A stretch of DNA of 32,000 nt from Mycolicibacterium smegmatis (GTDB taxonomy: Bacteria > Actinomycetota > Actinomycetes > Mycobacteriales > Mycobacteriaceae), in assembly GCF_001457595.1 (NCBI RefSeq), contig NZ_LN831039.1, positions 1,410,001 through 1,442,000 on the forward strand. The letters are read 5' to 3'. The notes below the pieces were generated by a model. That model was given only the letters and a program-made list of their open reading frames with translations, was not told the DNA's origin and searched no databases. Positions 24,701-32,000 of the stretch are shown piece after piece. The translations under genes and the position numbers were made by a program. How positions within the stretch are numbered: position 1 is the first letter of the stretch; each line of letters starts with the position of its first letter.

Positions 24701-25171
24701 TACGCCGAATCGGACCGGAACTGGACCCGGCGGGTCACCGATGTCCGCAACTGGTTCGTGTTCTCAGCCTCGGAACGAGACGTAGACACGGGCGCCGAGT
24801 GGGAGCACTACAGCGACTCGGACGGCAAGTCCGGCGGGCAGAAGGAGAAGCTCGCCTACACCATCCTGGCGGCGTCGCTGGCCTACCAGTTCGGGCTCGA
24901 ATGGGGCGCCGAGGAGTCGCGTGACTTCCGCTTCGCCGTCATCGACGAGGCGTTCGGGCGCGGATCGGACGTGTCGACACGGTACGCGCTCGATCTCTTC
25001 GCGACTCTCGGGCTCCAACTGTTGATCGTCACACCGCTGCAGAAGGTGCACGTCATCGAACCGTACGTGAAGGCGATCGGCATCGTGGACAACCCGACCG
25101 GAACGTATTCGCGTCTGCAGACCATGACGATCGAGGAGTATCGCGCCCGGCGCAACGGAACGCGGCCGTGA
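21788..25171 (+). CDS. jetC: Wadjet JetC (MksB/EptC-like SMC-family ATPase)
   Basis: I chose ATG 21788, preceded by GGAGCAGGAG. N-terminus: YRLQYAEIYNWGTFDGQVW...LLTGDIGSGKSTIVDA (Walker A). A long coiled-coil region follows. C-terminus: SGGQKEKLAYTILAASLAYQF (signature) and FRFAVIDEAFGRGSD (Walker B). 1127 aa with no interruptions. Confidence 0.9.
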   Translation: MSETISRTAELSVRPGAGYRLQYAEIYNWGTFDGQVWRFTPGAETALLTGDIGSGKSTIVDALTTLLVPSHKAAYNKAAGADAKERTLRSYVEGHYRSERNEATGKSRPKGLRENRRTYSVILGVFRNHGHDETVTLAQVFQQRESTGQPYRFFVTATKELSIAVDFADFGSDLRELRKRLRSAGAEIFDEFPKYATSLRRLLGIRSEQALELFHQTVSMKSVGNLNDFVRDHMLEPSDSTERIREIISHFDDLTRAHDAVKRAREQLEALEPIADTAAKYDAALAERDGLEHERSAVRLFIAELRSGLLADEIGRLEADGAALWQQQDAAEADQRRLNHERDSLIEERAKAGGDRIGELERLAHEARAQAESRRQARTLFDSAVGEAGLTTVADEEAFLNLPTLVAAERTRLAAEKREVDAATVDAIGRERDCERKCTTLSAEIESLEQRTSNLPHEQVVMREELCAAIGLTPEQLPYAGELLDVYDERAEWRGAAERVLRGFALSLLVPQPHYDAVTRWVNERRLTVAGRGAKLVYERVAARRVRLQPAESDGLLLADCIEVREGPFEEYLRNELMKRADFRCATTLQEFRDLRRAVTREGQVRSGDRHEKDDRHRVDDPRRWVLGWVNERKLTALRDEFADLERDRQEAAAVAAALSARREVLQHRLDALVRIEGFRSWTELDADEAVSRAGAHDAERARLQSGSSRLEEITRALERNAEEAGVVAERIRQLTGQLATTAAAVQRAQQDRKRDQEFVTAQSPEQLEVARASYPALDRRLAASRPTRADDCAAAESALSEDLYRRIERLTRELGGYGQSLAQYMLEVLRRWPELRADMDATVDARGDFLAFRHRVATDDLPRFESEFKEQLNKNAIQELAGFNNWLNRQASAIDERIDRINEALGAVPYNPGRFIRLEKEPTTNQDVAQFRSDLRNLTNDALAVDGDQYSEQRFLDVKRIIERFRGREGYAESDRNWTRRVTDVRNWFVFSASERDVDTGAEWEHYSDSDGKSGGQKEKLAYTILAASLAYQFGLEWGAEESRDFRFAVIDEAFGRGSDVSTRYALDLFATLGLQLLIVTPLQKVHVIEPYVKAIGIVDNPTGTYSRLQTMTIEEYRARRNGTRP

Positions 25172-26337
25172 GCACCATGTGGGCCACACCCGGTGACATC
25201 GCGGCCAAGGTCAGGCGCCGCTGGGACGACGGCTCCCTGCTGCGCGCCTACGGAAAGGGGGAGCCGTTCGCGCCAATCGAGCTGCCGCTTCGTGGTCCCA
25301 CCCCGGCGCAGATCGGTGACGACGTCGCACGTGTGCGCGACTGGGTGACGGCTCTCGACGCGGGGCGGCACGACGATGCGCGGTACATGCTGGAATGGAA
25401 GTCGGTGGGCGGCAAGAAGTTCGGCCGCAACATGCTTCCCGCTCGTGCGGTGATCTGCTCATACGGCCAGGCGTGGACACTGCTGGGGGTGACGGCGGCT
25501 GTTGGGCGTTTCGACGAGCTGCTCGCGTCGGCGCACGATCATCCCCGAATTCGTCAATGGGTGATCGCCAACCCGCACCGGGCGCTGGCACTGGCGGCGG
25601 ACATGCCGAAGCTGATCGCGGCTTGCGAGTGGCTCGACCGACACCGGCACTCGCAGCGTTACCTGCGCGAGATCAGTGCGCCCGGCGTGGACACGAAGTT
25701 CGTTGAACGCCGCCGGTCGGACTTGGCCGGGATTCTGGGCGTGCCATCCTCGGCCCAGGGATTCCTCACCGAACTCGGGCTACGGTCCAAGCCCAGCCTT
25801 GTTCGGCTGCGACCAGCACCGTCGCTGGGGCTACCGGCACCTCTCTCGGAGCTCGCGGTCCGGCCTGATGAATTGGCGCAGCTCGACCTGCGGCCACGCA
25901 CAGCGGTGATCGTCGAGAACGAGATCAGCTATCTCAGCGTCGACGTCCCTGAAGCTGGTGTGGTGATCTGGGGGAAGGGCTTCGATGTCGACAACGTCGG
26001 GCGGCTGCCGTGGTTGGCCGGTGTCCGCGTCGTGTACTGGGGCGATATCGATACCCATGGATTTGCGATTCTCGACCGACTTCGGGCGTGGCTGCCGACA
26101 GTAGAGTCCGTTCTGATGGACCGAGCCACCCTGATCGCCCATCGTGACCGCTGGGTGGTGGAGGACCGTCCTGCTAGGTCGATCCTGCCTCGACTGTCAC
26201 CCGAGGAACAGCAGCTCTACCGGGAACTCGTCGAGGACAGCCTCGGCGATCGCGTACGCCTCGAACAGGAGCGGATCGACTGGGGCTGGGTCGAGGGCCG
26301 ATTGAAGGCGATCTATCAAGGTCGTATAGATTCATGA
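25168..26337 (+). CDS. jetD: Wadjet JetD (MksG/EptD-like Toprim nuclease, DUF3322 plus DUF2220)
   Basis: The GTG start overlaps the jetC stop (GTGA). Toprim-like acidic motifs are [10 protein letters not shown] and [16 protein letters not shown]. 389 aa. Confidence 0.85.
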   Translation: MSTMWATPGDIAAKVRRRWDDGSLLRAYGKGEPFAPIELPLRGPTPAQIGDDVARVRDWVTALDAGRHDDARYMLEWKSVGGKKFGRNMLPARAVICSYGQAWTLLGVTAAVGRFDELLASAHDHPRIRQWVIANPHRALALAADMPKLIAACEWLDRHRHSQRYLREISAPGVDTKFVERRRSDLAGILGVPSSAQGFLTELGLRSKPSLVRLRPAPSLGLPAPLSELAVRPDELAQLDLRPRTAVIVENEISYLSVDVPEAGVVIWGKGFDVDNVGRLPWLAGVRVVYWGDIDTHGFAILDRLRAWLPTVESVLMDRATLIAHRDRWVVEDRPARSILPRLSPEEQQLYRELVEDSLGDRVRLEQERIDWGWVEGRLKAIYQGRIDS

Positions 26338-26345
26338 AGTCTGTC

Positions 26346-26351
26346 TATAAT
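26346..26351 (+). promoter_or_regulatory. putative -10 element (TATAAT) for a leaderless vapB transcript
   Basis: It is a perfect TATAAT lying 6 nt upstream of ATG 26358. No SD sequence is present. Confidence 0.35.
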
Positions 26352-26357
26352 CAAGAC

Positions 26358-26612
26358 ATGGCTCTAAGCATCAAACACCCGGAAGCCGACCGGCTGGCCA
26401 GAGAGCTAGCGGCACGTACGGGGGAGACACTGACCGAGGCGGTGGTGATGGCACTGCGGGAGCGACTGGCGCGCACTGTCGGGCGCACTCAGGTCGTTCC
26501 GCTTCGTGAGGAACTCGCCGCGATCCGTCGTCGCTGCGCAGCCCTACCGGTGTTGGACGACCGGACAGCCGAATCGATCCTGGGCTACGACGACCGCGGT
26601 CTGCCGTCCTGA
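26358..26612 (+). CDS. vapB: VapB-type antitoxin
   Basis: [37 protein letters not shown] is a typical N-terminus of the VapB/FitA-like family. I prefer ATG 26358 over the track start at 26334, which overlaps jetD. The stop overlaps the vapC start (TGATG). Confidence 0.8.
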   Translation: MALSIKHPEADRLARELAARTGETLTEAVVMALRERLARTVGRTQVVPLREELAAIRRRCAALPVLDDRTAESILGYDDRGLPS

Positions 26613-27001
26613 TGGTTATCGACACTTCTGCCCTCGTTGCCATCTTGACCGACGAACCCGACGCCGAGTTGTTGGAGGGGGCGGTGGCTGACGATCCTGT
26701 TCGGACTATGTCCACCGCGTCGTATCTGGAGACAGCGATCGTGATCGAAAGTCGCTTCGGCGAGCCAGGTGGTCGCGAACTCGATCTGTGGTTGCATCGC
26801 GCATCAGTGGCACTGGTCGCTGTGGATGCCGATCAGGCCGACGCCGCCCGGTTGGCTTACCGGAGATACGGCAAGGGGCGCCATCCTGCAGGCCTGAATT
26901 ACGGCGACTGTTTTTCCTATGCGCTCGCCAAGGTCAGCGGTCAGCCTTTGTTGTTCAAGGGTGAGGATTTTCGGCTCACCGACGTCGCTGCGGTCCACTG
27001 A
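26612..27001 (+). CDS. vapC: VapC PIN-domain ribonuclease toxin
   Basis: [12 protein letters not shown] (first acidic residue), ...YLETAIV..., and DCFSYALAK near the C-terminus. 129 aa. Confidence 0.85.
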   Translation: MVIDTSALVAILTDEPDAELLEGAVADDPVRTMSTASYLETAIVIESRFGEPGGRELDLWLHRASVALVAVDADQADAARLAYRRYGKGRHPAGLNYGDCFSYALAKVSGQPLLFKGEDFRLTDVAAVH

Positions 27002-27019
27002 ACGAGGTCAGAATTCACG

Positions 27020-29425
27020 TCAGTCCATCCCCAACGCCGCGCGCAGTCGGTCGGCGTTCATACCCCGCTCGGTCGCCGGGAAGCTGTCAAGCAGCTTGAT
27101 CAGATCACCACGCCGTGTCGGGTCGTCGGCGGCCTGCCGTGGTGTCAGACCGTTCAGCGCCGGGATGGATTCGTCGAGCCAGCGGGTTTCGTAGCCGCGC
27201 ATGAATTCCTCCATGGCCGTGAGTATTTCGGGATCGTCCGGCTCGATCGGTTCCCGAGAGGACGCAGTGAAGTCGCTAATCGGCCGACGGGAATCCTCCA
27301 GCACCGTCATCGCCGGGTTGAGCCGGCCGAGCTCCGCCAGCACGCGGTCCATCCGCTCCTCGCTGTTGGTCTCCACGCGCAAGGTGTCGCCGTCGAGCTT
27401 CAGCGACGCACGGATCTGCGGCTTGCCGGGGACATGCTCAAACCACTGCGGTGAATCGTCATCGGCGCGCACGTACACCTCATCGAGCACCGCCGGGTCG
27501 GCGAGCCGCACGGCGGCTTCGCACACCATCAGCGAATCACCCTCGGTGTTGGTCAACGTCGGCGGCGCGAACCGCCTGGTGAGCGCCTCCACCAACGTCA
27601 CCTCGTCGGGACCGGAGTCGAGAAGTTCGATCAGCGCATCCCGCTCGCCCAGCGAAATCGGTTCGATACCACCGAAAAACTGCATGACGCTCCCGGCCGG
27701 CAGCACCCGCGTACACAGCAGCTGACCTTCCGTCACCTCCCGGCTGGCCAGGCGCTCCCGTACCTCGTGACGGTCGCCGGTACGGATATCGCGGACGGTC
27801 ACGCTCTCGCCGGGGCGCACGGCTTCGACCTCGAAGACCGAGCGATCCACCTGTAGCCACTGCTCGGCAAGCGCGCGCTCATCGTCCGGGAGCAGCGGCC
27901 CGCGTACCCGCAGGAAATCCGCGAACGCGTCACCCTCGTGCAGCAGAGCATCCATCACCAACGGGTCGGACATCGCCTCGGCGATTGCGTCGTGGAGGTC
28001 ATCGGCGTAGCGGCTGCGTTCGAGGGCCAGTTCCAGCAGCATGCCGTGCCAATGAGTCTCCGATACGTGCTGGGCCGCCTTGCTGTACAGCCAGGCCGCG
28101 CGTTCCTCCAGGGAAAGCTGCTCGTTGCCGAGATGGCATTTCTTGTACTTGCGGCCGGAGCCGCACCAGCATGGTTCGTTTCGGCCGAGGTCCGGCCGCG
28201 GTGCGACCAGATACCGTTGCAAGAACTGAACATTCGGATGGTCGGGTGGGAACCCGGCGCGGCGCAGCAGCGCCAAGGCACGCTCAGCGTCACCGCGGTC
28301 GGATGCGATGTGTGCCAGGTCGACCAGCGTCAGCGGCCACTCCGTGTCCATCGTTTCGGCCGCGAGCAGTTCACGTTCGGCCGCCGCGATGTCGCCGGCG
28401 CGCTCCAGCGCCGTGGCCCGCAACCACCGCACGGCCGCCCGCGCCGGCCGCGGCACCTGCGCCTCGAGCGCCTCGGTGAGCCGGCTCAATGACTCCGGTG
28501 AACCGCGCCCCGCGTCGACCGTCTCCTCGACCAGAGCGTCGGCGACCACCGGATTCTCCAACGCCGCACCCGCTCTCCGCAGCAGCGGCAAGGAGTCGGC
28601 GTCGACCGTCAACTGCTCCAACGCCATGATGAGCGTCTGCAGCGCCACCGCGTCGTCGGGATCCAGGCCGTGCGTGTCGGCTGACCTGTGGCAGGCGGTC
28701 TCAAAACGCCAGCGTCCGAAGTCGAACCCAGCCGGCGCGATGAACCCATCGCTGTAGGCAAGGCCGGCTTCGCGGATGACCTCGCTCAGCGGCGCCGTCG
28801 CCTCGACGAACACTGTCGGGTCCTCGGCGCACAGCGTCAAAGCCGCTGCGTCGACGAACGTCGGCTCATCGCCGGGCAGCACCTCGGCCAATCGGTTGCC
28901 GATATCGGCATCCACGACGGTCTCGATGGTTTCGAGCGCCAGCCCCTGGTCGGTCAGTCGCAGCCCGACCAAATCGCCCTCGGCCGCCTTGAGCGCTGCC
29001 AGAGTCCCCGGCGCCAGTAGCACCACGCCCGACTCACCGGCCAACTCCAGTGGGATGCCGCGGTCCTCCAGCAACTCGTCGTCGTAGTCCGCAACAGCGA
29101 AGCTCACCGGTGAGCCATCGGCCAGGCGCAGGTACTCGTCAAGATGGAACAGATCACTGACGGGGTCGAGGTCGACGGCCGCGTCGAGCATGTCGTGGGC
29201 CACCTCGTGGGCGCTGAGGCGGTGTGTGAACACCCGACCGTCCAGTACGGTGGGCAACCACACCCAGCGGTCGTCGACCAGCATCCCGACAGGCATGGAC
29301 AGTTCATCAACAACAGGCTCCGGCACCGGCTCGCCGCTTGCCTGGAGCAAACGCTCGATCTCGTCGGTGTGCAGGGGTCCCTGTTCGGCCAGGATGCGGG
29401 CCACGGCGTCGGTCACGGTGGCCAC
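27020..29425 (-). CDS. large SEC-C metal-binding-motif protein
   Basis: 801 aa. The SEC-C motif is EPCWCGSGRKYKKCH, with helical repeat-like regions around it. It is convergent with vapC. Confidence 0.7.
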   Translation of the reverse strand: MATVTDAVARILAEQGPLHTDEIERLLQASGEPVPEPVVDELSMPVGMLVDDRWVWLPTVLDGRVFTHRLSAHEVAHDMLDAAVDLDPVSDLFHLDEYLRLADGSPVSFAVADYDDELLEDRGIPLELAGESGVVLLAPGTLAALKAAEGDLVGLRLTDQGLALETIETVVDADIGNRLAEVLPGDEPTFVDAAALTLCAEDPTVFVEATAPLSEVIREAGLAYSDGFIAPAGFDFGRWRFETACHRSADTHGLDPDDAVALQTLIMALEQLTVDADSLPLLRRAGAALENPVVADALVEETVDAGRGSPESLSRLTEALEAQVPRPARAAVRWLRATALERAGDIAAAERELLAAETMDTEWPLTLVDLAHIASDRGDAERALALLRRAGFPPDHPNVQFLQRYLVAPRPDLGRNEPCWCGSGRKYKKCHLGNEQLSLEERAAWLYSKAAQHVSETHWHGMLLELALERSRYADDLHDAIAEAMSDPLVMDALLHEGDAFADFLRVRGPLLPDDERALAEQWLQVDRSVFEVEAVRPGESVTVRDIRTGDRHEVRERLASREVTEGQLLCTRVLPAGSVMQFFGGIEPISLGERDALIELLDSGPDEVTLVEALTRRFAPPTLTNTEGDSLMVCEAAVRLADPAVLDEVYVRADDDSPQWFEHVPGKPQIRASLKLDGDTLRVETNSEERMDRVLAELGRLNPAMTVLEDSRRPISDFTASSREPIEPDDPEILTAMEEFMRGYETRWLDESIPALNGLTPRQAADDPTRRGDLIKLLDSFPATERGMNADRLRAALGMD

Positions 29426-29446
29426 TCTATGCCGTGGCGCCGGTGG

Positions 29447-31207
29447 TCAGACACCCCCGCGCCGCGCATACGGCCACGGCACATTCCGCTCGGGTACCGA
29501 GGACGCGCGGACCTGTTTGAGCTGCGCCAGCAGATATTGGCGCACCTCATGTAAATCCGGGTAATGCCAACGGTTTACGGCCTCGACGGGATCGGCGGTC
29601 AGGTCGTAGAGCTCCCACTGGTCGTCGAGCGGATCGCTGCGGTACGTCTCGCCGCCGAGACCGTCGGCCGCGAGATGGCGCACGCCGGGCTCGGTCCAGG
29701 TGCTCGGATCGTCGAACGTGCGCACGAGTTTCCACAGATGCCCGGCCCCACCGTGCGCGTCGGCGTCGTCGACACGCACCACCAGCCCCTCGAAGTTCGA
29801 AGCGACATGCGCGGGGACCTTGATCCGCAGCGGCGCAGGTGGATTGACGTCACGGCCGAGCTGACGCGCGATCCCGGACGCGCCGGTATCGCCTTCGAGC
29901 ACGTTGTCGCGCGTCATCAGGTAGATGGGGCGGTGGTCGTCGGCGGACGCCCCGGAGACCACGGGCATCAGATCGCGGCCCGGCAGCGGATGGACCTCAC
30001 TGAACGATTCGCGCAGCTGTGCGGCGGCCGCGTCGAGGTCGACCCCGGCCGCACCGAGCAGCGTCGGCACCAGATCGACATGCGACGTCGGCGCATCGAC
30101 GGTGCGGGCCTCGGTCGCCTCGGAGCCGATGCGGGCGATGACGAACGGCACGCGGGTGGCCTCGTCGTACAGGTTGAACCACTTCTGGTGCAGCCCGCCG
30201 TGCGCGCCCAGCAGCTCACCGTGATCGGAAGTGCGCACCAGCACCGCATTTTCGGAACCGCCCTCGGTGACGGCGCGGCGCACCCGGTCGATCGGTCCGT
30301 CCACCTCGGCGTGCAGCCGGTAGTACAGATCGCGGTACTCCTGCGCCTTGCGGCGGTAGGTGCGCTCGACGGCCATCGCCGGGCCGTACCCGGTGTAGTA
30401 CGCCTCGCGGAACGCGATCTGTGCGGCCGGTTTGTCGCGCAGATCCTCCTCGGCGGTCGGTGCCGGGGGAATGTGCGGGGGATCGAGCTCCGAGGGACCG
30501 AACGGCATGCGCCGCGACCACGCCGGGAACAGCACGATGTCGTGCGGGTTGACGAAGCTCGCCACCAACAGGAACGGCCGCAGCGCGTCGGGATCGCCCG
30601 CGCGCCGGCGCGCGTACCGGTCCTCCAACCACGCCACCACACGGTCGGCGACGATCGGGTCGCGCCGGAAACCGCTGTTGGACATGGCCGCTCCGTGCGG
30701 CTCGGGCCCCACCCAGCCGGAGAATCCGAACGGCGCCAGCGGATCGGCCTCCAGGTAGGCCTGCACGGCGGCCTGGTCGATCACGCCGTCGTCGTCATTG
30801 GTGGCCAGCGGCTCCCCGGTGGCGGGATCTTCGAGGTCGGCGTGCGAGATGTGCCATTTGCCGTCGTAGTGGGTGTCGTATCCGGCGGCGCGGAACCAGT
30901 TGCCCAGCGTGGGCACCTCACCGCGGCGCAGCCAGCGCAGCCGGGAATCGTCGTAGCGCTTGCCCAGCCCGTCGGTCTGGGTGACACCGTGCAGATCGGG
31001 GTACTGGCCGGTGAACATGGTCGGCCGGCTCGGCACACACGCCAGCGACCCGGTGTAGTGGCGGGTGAAGTTGACGCCGTGCTCGTCGAACCAGCGCCGT
31101 CCGGTGAGCGTGCGCTGGCGCCAGGCGAGCACCGAAGACGACTCGTACGGCGGGATCGCGCGTTCCTCGTCGGTCATCACGATGACGATGTCGGGACGGT
31201 CGGTCAT
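29447..31207 (-). CDS. sulfatase-family (formylglycine-dependent) hydrolase
   Basis: N-terminus PDIVIVMTDEE and sulfatase signature CVPSRPTMFTGQYP (C-x-P-x-R). 586 aa. Its start overlaps the stop of the upstream SRPBCC gene (ATGA). Confidence 0.8.
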   Translation of the reverse strand: MTDRPDIVIVMTDEERAIPPYESSSVLAWRQRTLTGRRWFDEHGVNFTRHYTGSLACVPSRPTMFTGQYPDLHGVTQTDGLGKRYDDSRLRWLRRGEVPTLGNWFRAAGYDTHYDGKWHISHADLEDPATGEPLATNDDDGVIDQAAVQAYLEADPLAPFGFSGWVGPEPHGAAMSNSGFRRDPIVADRVVAWLEDRYARRRAGDPDALRPFLLVASFVNPHDIVLFPAWSRRMPFGPSELDPPHIPPAPTAEEDLRDKPAAQIAFREAYYTGYGPAMAVERTYRRKAQEYRDLYYRLHAEVDGPIDRVRRAVTEGGSENAVLVRTSDHGELLGAHGGLHQKWFNLYDEATRVPFVIARIGSEATEARTVDAPTSHVDLVPTLLGAAGVDLDAAAAQLRESFSEVHPLPGRDLMPVVSGASADDHRPIYLMTRDNVLEGDTGASGIARQLGRDVNPPAPLRIKVPAHVASNFEGLVVRVDDADAHGGAGHLWKLVRTFDDPSTWTEPGVRHLAADGLGGETYRSDPLDDQWELYDLTADPVEAVNRWHYPDLHEVRQYLLAQLKQVRASSVPERNVPWPYARRGGV

Positions 31208-31641
31208 GTTCTAGCTCCCATCGTGCGGGCGAGCCCGTCGAGCATGGCGTCGGATTGTTTGGCCAGCACCCGCGCGGTGACAGCCGAGGTGACCAGGGAG
31301 GCGAACCCGGCCGGGTCGACGGTGCTGGTCACGGTCACCTCGGTGCCCGCGCCGGCCGGGCGCAGCGTCCACCGGTTGGTCAGCCGGCCCATCCACGACG
31401 GCAGACCCTCGATCGCGTAGGCCAGCGTCGAGGGCTCCCGGAACTCGGTGATGCGCTCCACCAGCACCGTGCGGCCCACCTGGACGCGGCGCGTGGTGCC
31501 CAGCACCTCGGGGTGCGCATTGAGCACGCAGGAATGATCGATCTTGCCGGCCCACCTGCTCAACGCACCGAAATCGGCCAGGACATCCCAGATCGCCTGC
31601 TGCGGTGCGGGTATCACCCGGCTGCGGCTTGCCTGTCCCAT
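31204..31641 (-). CDS. SRPBCC (polyketide cyclase/START-like) family protein
   Basis: I chose ATG 31639-31641 (MGQASRSRVIPAPQQAIWDVLADFGALSRWAG...). The upstream part of the track ORF (to 31983) has wrong-frame composition. Confidence 0.65.
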   Translation of the reverse strand: MGQASRSRVIPAPQQAIWDVLADFGALSRWAGKIDHSCVLNAHPEVLGTTRRVQVGRTVLVERITEFREPSTLAYAIEGLPSWMGRLTNRWTLRPAGAGTEVTVTSTVDPAGFASLVTSAVTARVLAKQSDAMLDGLARTMGART

Positions 31642-31807
31642 AGGGCCATGAAACACGATGTGCCGACGTTCCGAGGCGAACTCAGGCCAACACGTCGCGA
31701 ATGGCGTCGTCGAGGGACTCGCCGGATTGAAAACACCTGCCGAAAGACGCCGGAATTGTCGCCGGTGTCGGTTAGCCTCGCCACGAATACCGCGAGGGGG
31801 AGCCAGT

Positions 31808-32000
31808 GTGATCGATTCGCCCAACGAGCCGCCGCGGCTGGCCAACGCCGCCGAACGCCGCACCTGGGAAGCGCTCGTCGACCAGGCGCAACCCGACGAC
31901 CTCGTGGTGCCCGGCCAGCGGGTCACCGACCACCTCAAGGACCACGAGGTCGACTTCGTCGTCGGCCTCGAAGGTGCGGGCATCGTGTGCCTGGAGGTCA
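31808..32000 (+). CDS. NERD-like nuclease-related domain protein, 5' part only (runs off window)
   Basis: GTG 31808 is preceded by GAGGGGGA. AERRTWEALV...DHEVDFVVGLEGAGIVCLEV resembles the NERD core (E...D-x-vv...G-i-x-v-E-x-K). Confidence 0.4.
   Translation, partial: MIDSPNEPPRLANAAERRTWEALVDQAQPDDLVVPGQRVTDHLKDHEVDFVVGLEGAGIVCLEV

Noticed and set aside
29564-31420. 618 aa plus-strand ORF
   Set aside because: It is antisense to the sulfatase gene, which carries the CxPxR signature, and to the SRPBCC gene. It has wrong-frame composition.
31642-31983. 114-codon upstream extension of the SRPBCC ORF
   Set aside because: It is Arg/Ser/Trp-rich wrong-frame-like sequence. SRPBCC domains are ~145 aa and begin at MGQASRSRVIPAP. 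The region more likely holds the promoter shared with the divergent NERD-like gene.
1-32000. Search for CRISPR arrays, tRNA or rRNA genes, and short tandem repeats
   Set aside because: I saw no regularly spaced short repeats, no tRNA-like cloverleaf candidates and no rRNA-like segments. The only repeats found are the IS copies, IS termini, the HNH duplication and the jetA 5' remnant.

Overview
High-GC (about 65% by eye) actinobacterial DNA, Mycobacteriaceae-like, carrying a defence and mobile-element island. All family assignments come from reading motifs by eye; no searches were run.

**Layout, left to right**
- 1-3575: a three-gene operon with an OGG-fold DNA-glycosylase-like protein, an ~813 aa Rad50/RloC-like ABC ATPase with a CxxC hook in a coiled-coil insert, and a 116 aa protein that looks like a paralog of the ATPase C-terminal domain. 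This is my best candidate for an undescribed system.
- 3622-3701: an 80-nt remnant (putative promoter plus 15 codons) of a second Wadjet jetA, cut off by an IS end.
- 3701-13729: a ~10 kb nest of insertion sequences. It holds two near-identical IS3-family copies in opposite orientation, three diverged IS1380-family copies in head-to-tail tandem (one truncated, one frameshifted), one complete IS256-family element with a 9-bp target-site duplication (TSD), and a second type of IS3-family element interrupted by IS3 copy B.
- 13827-15022: an orphan, lower-GC gene of unknown function that appears frameshifted.
- 15043-18982: two ~93% identical HNH endonuclease paralogs flanking a Tat-lipoprotein SMP-30/gluconolactonase gene. 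A divergent MazG-like NTP pyrophosphohydrolase gene beside the second copy appears frameshifted.
- 19130-27001: RHH-antitoxin/Doc, an apparently intact, translationally coupled type I-like Wadjet operon (jetABCD, also called MksBEFG or EptABCD), then VapBC.
- 27020-32000: a large SEC-C-motif protein, a formylglycine-type sulfatase coupled to an SRPBCC protein, and the start of a NERD-like protein.

No rRNA, tRNA or CRISPR array was recognised.
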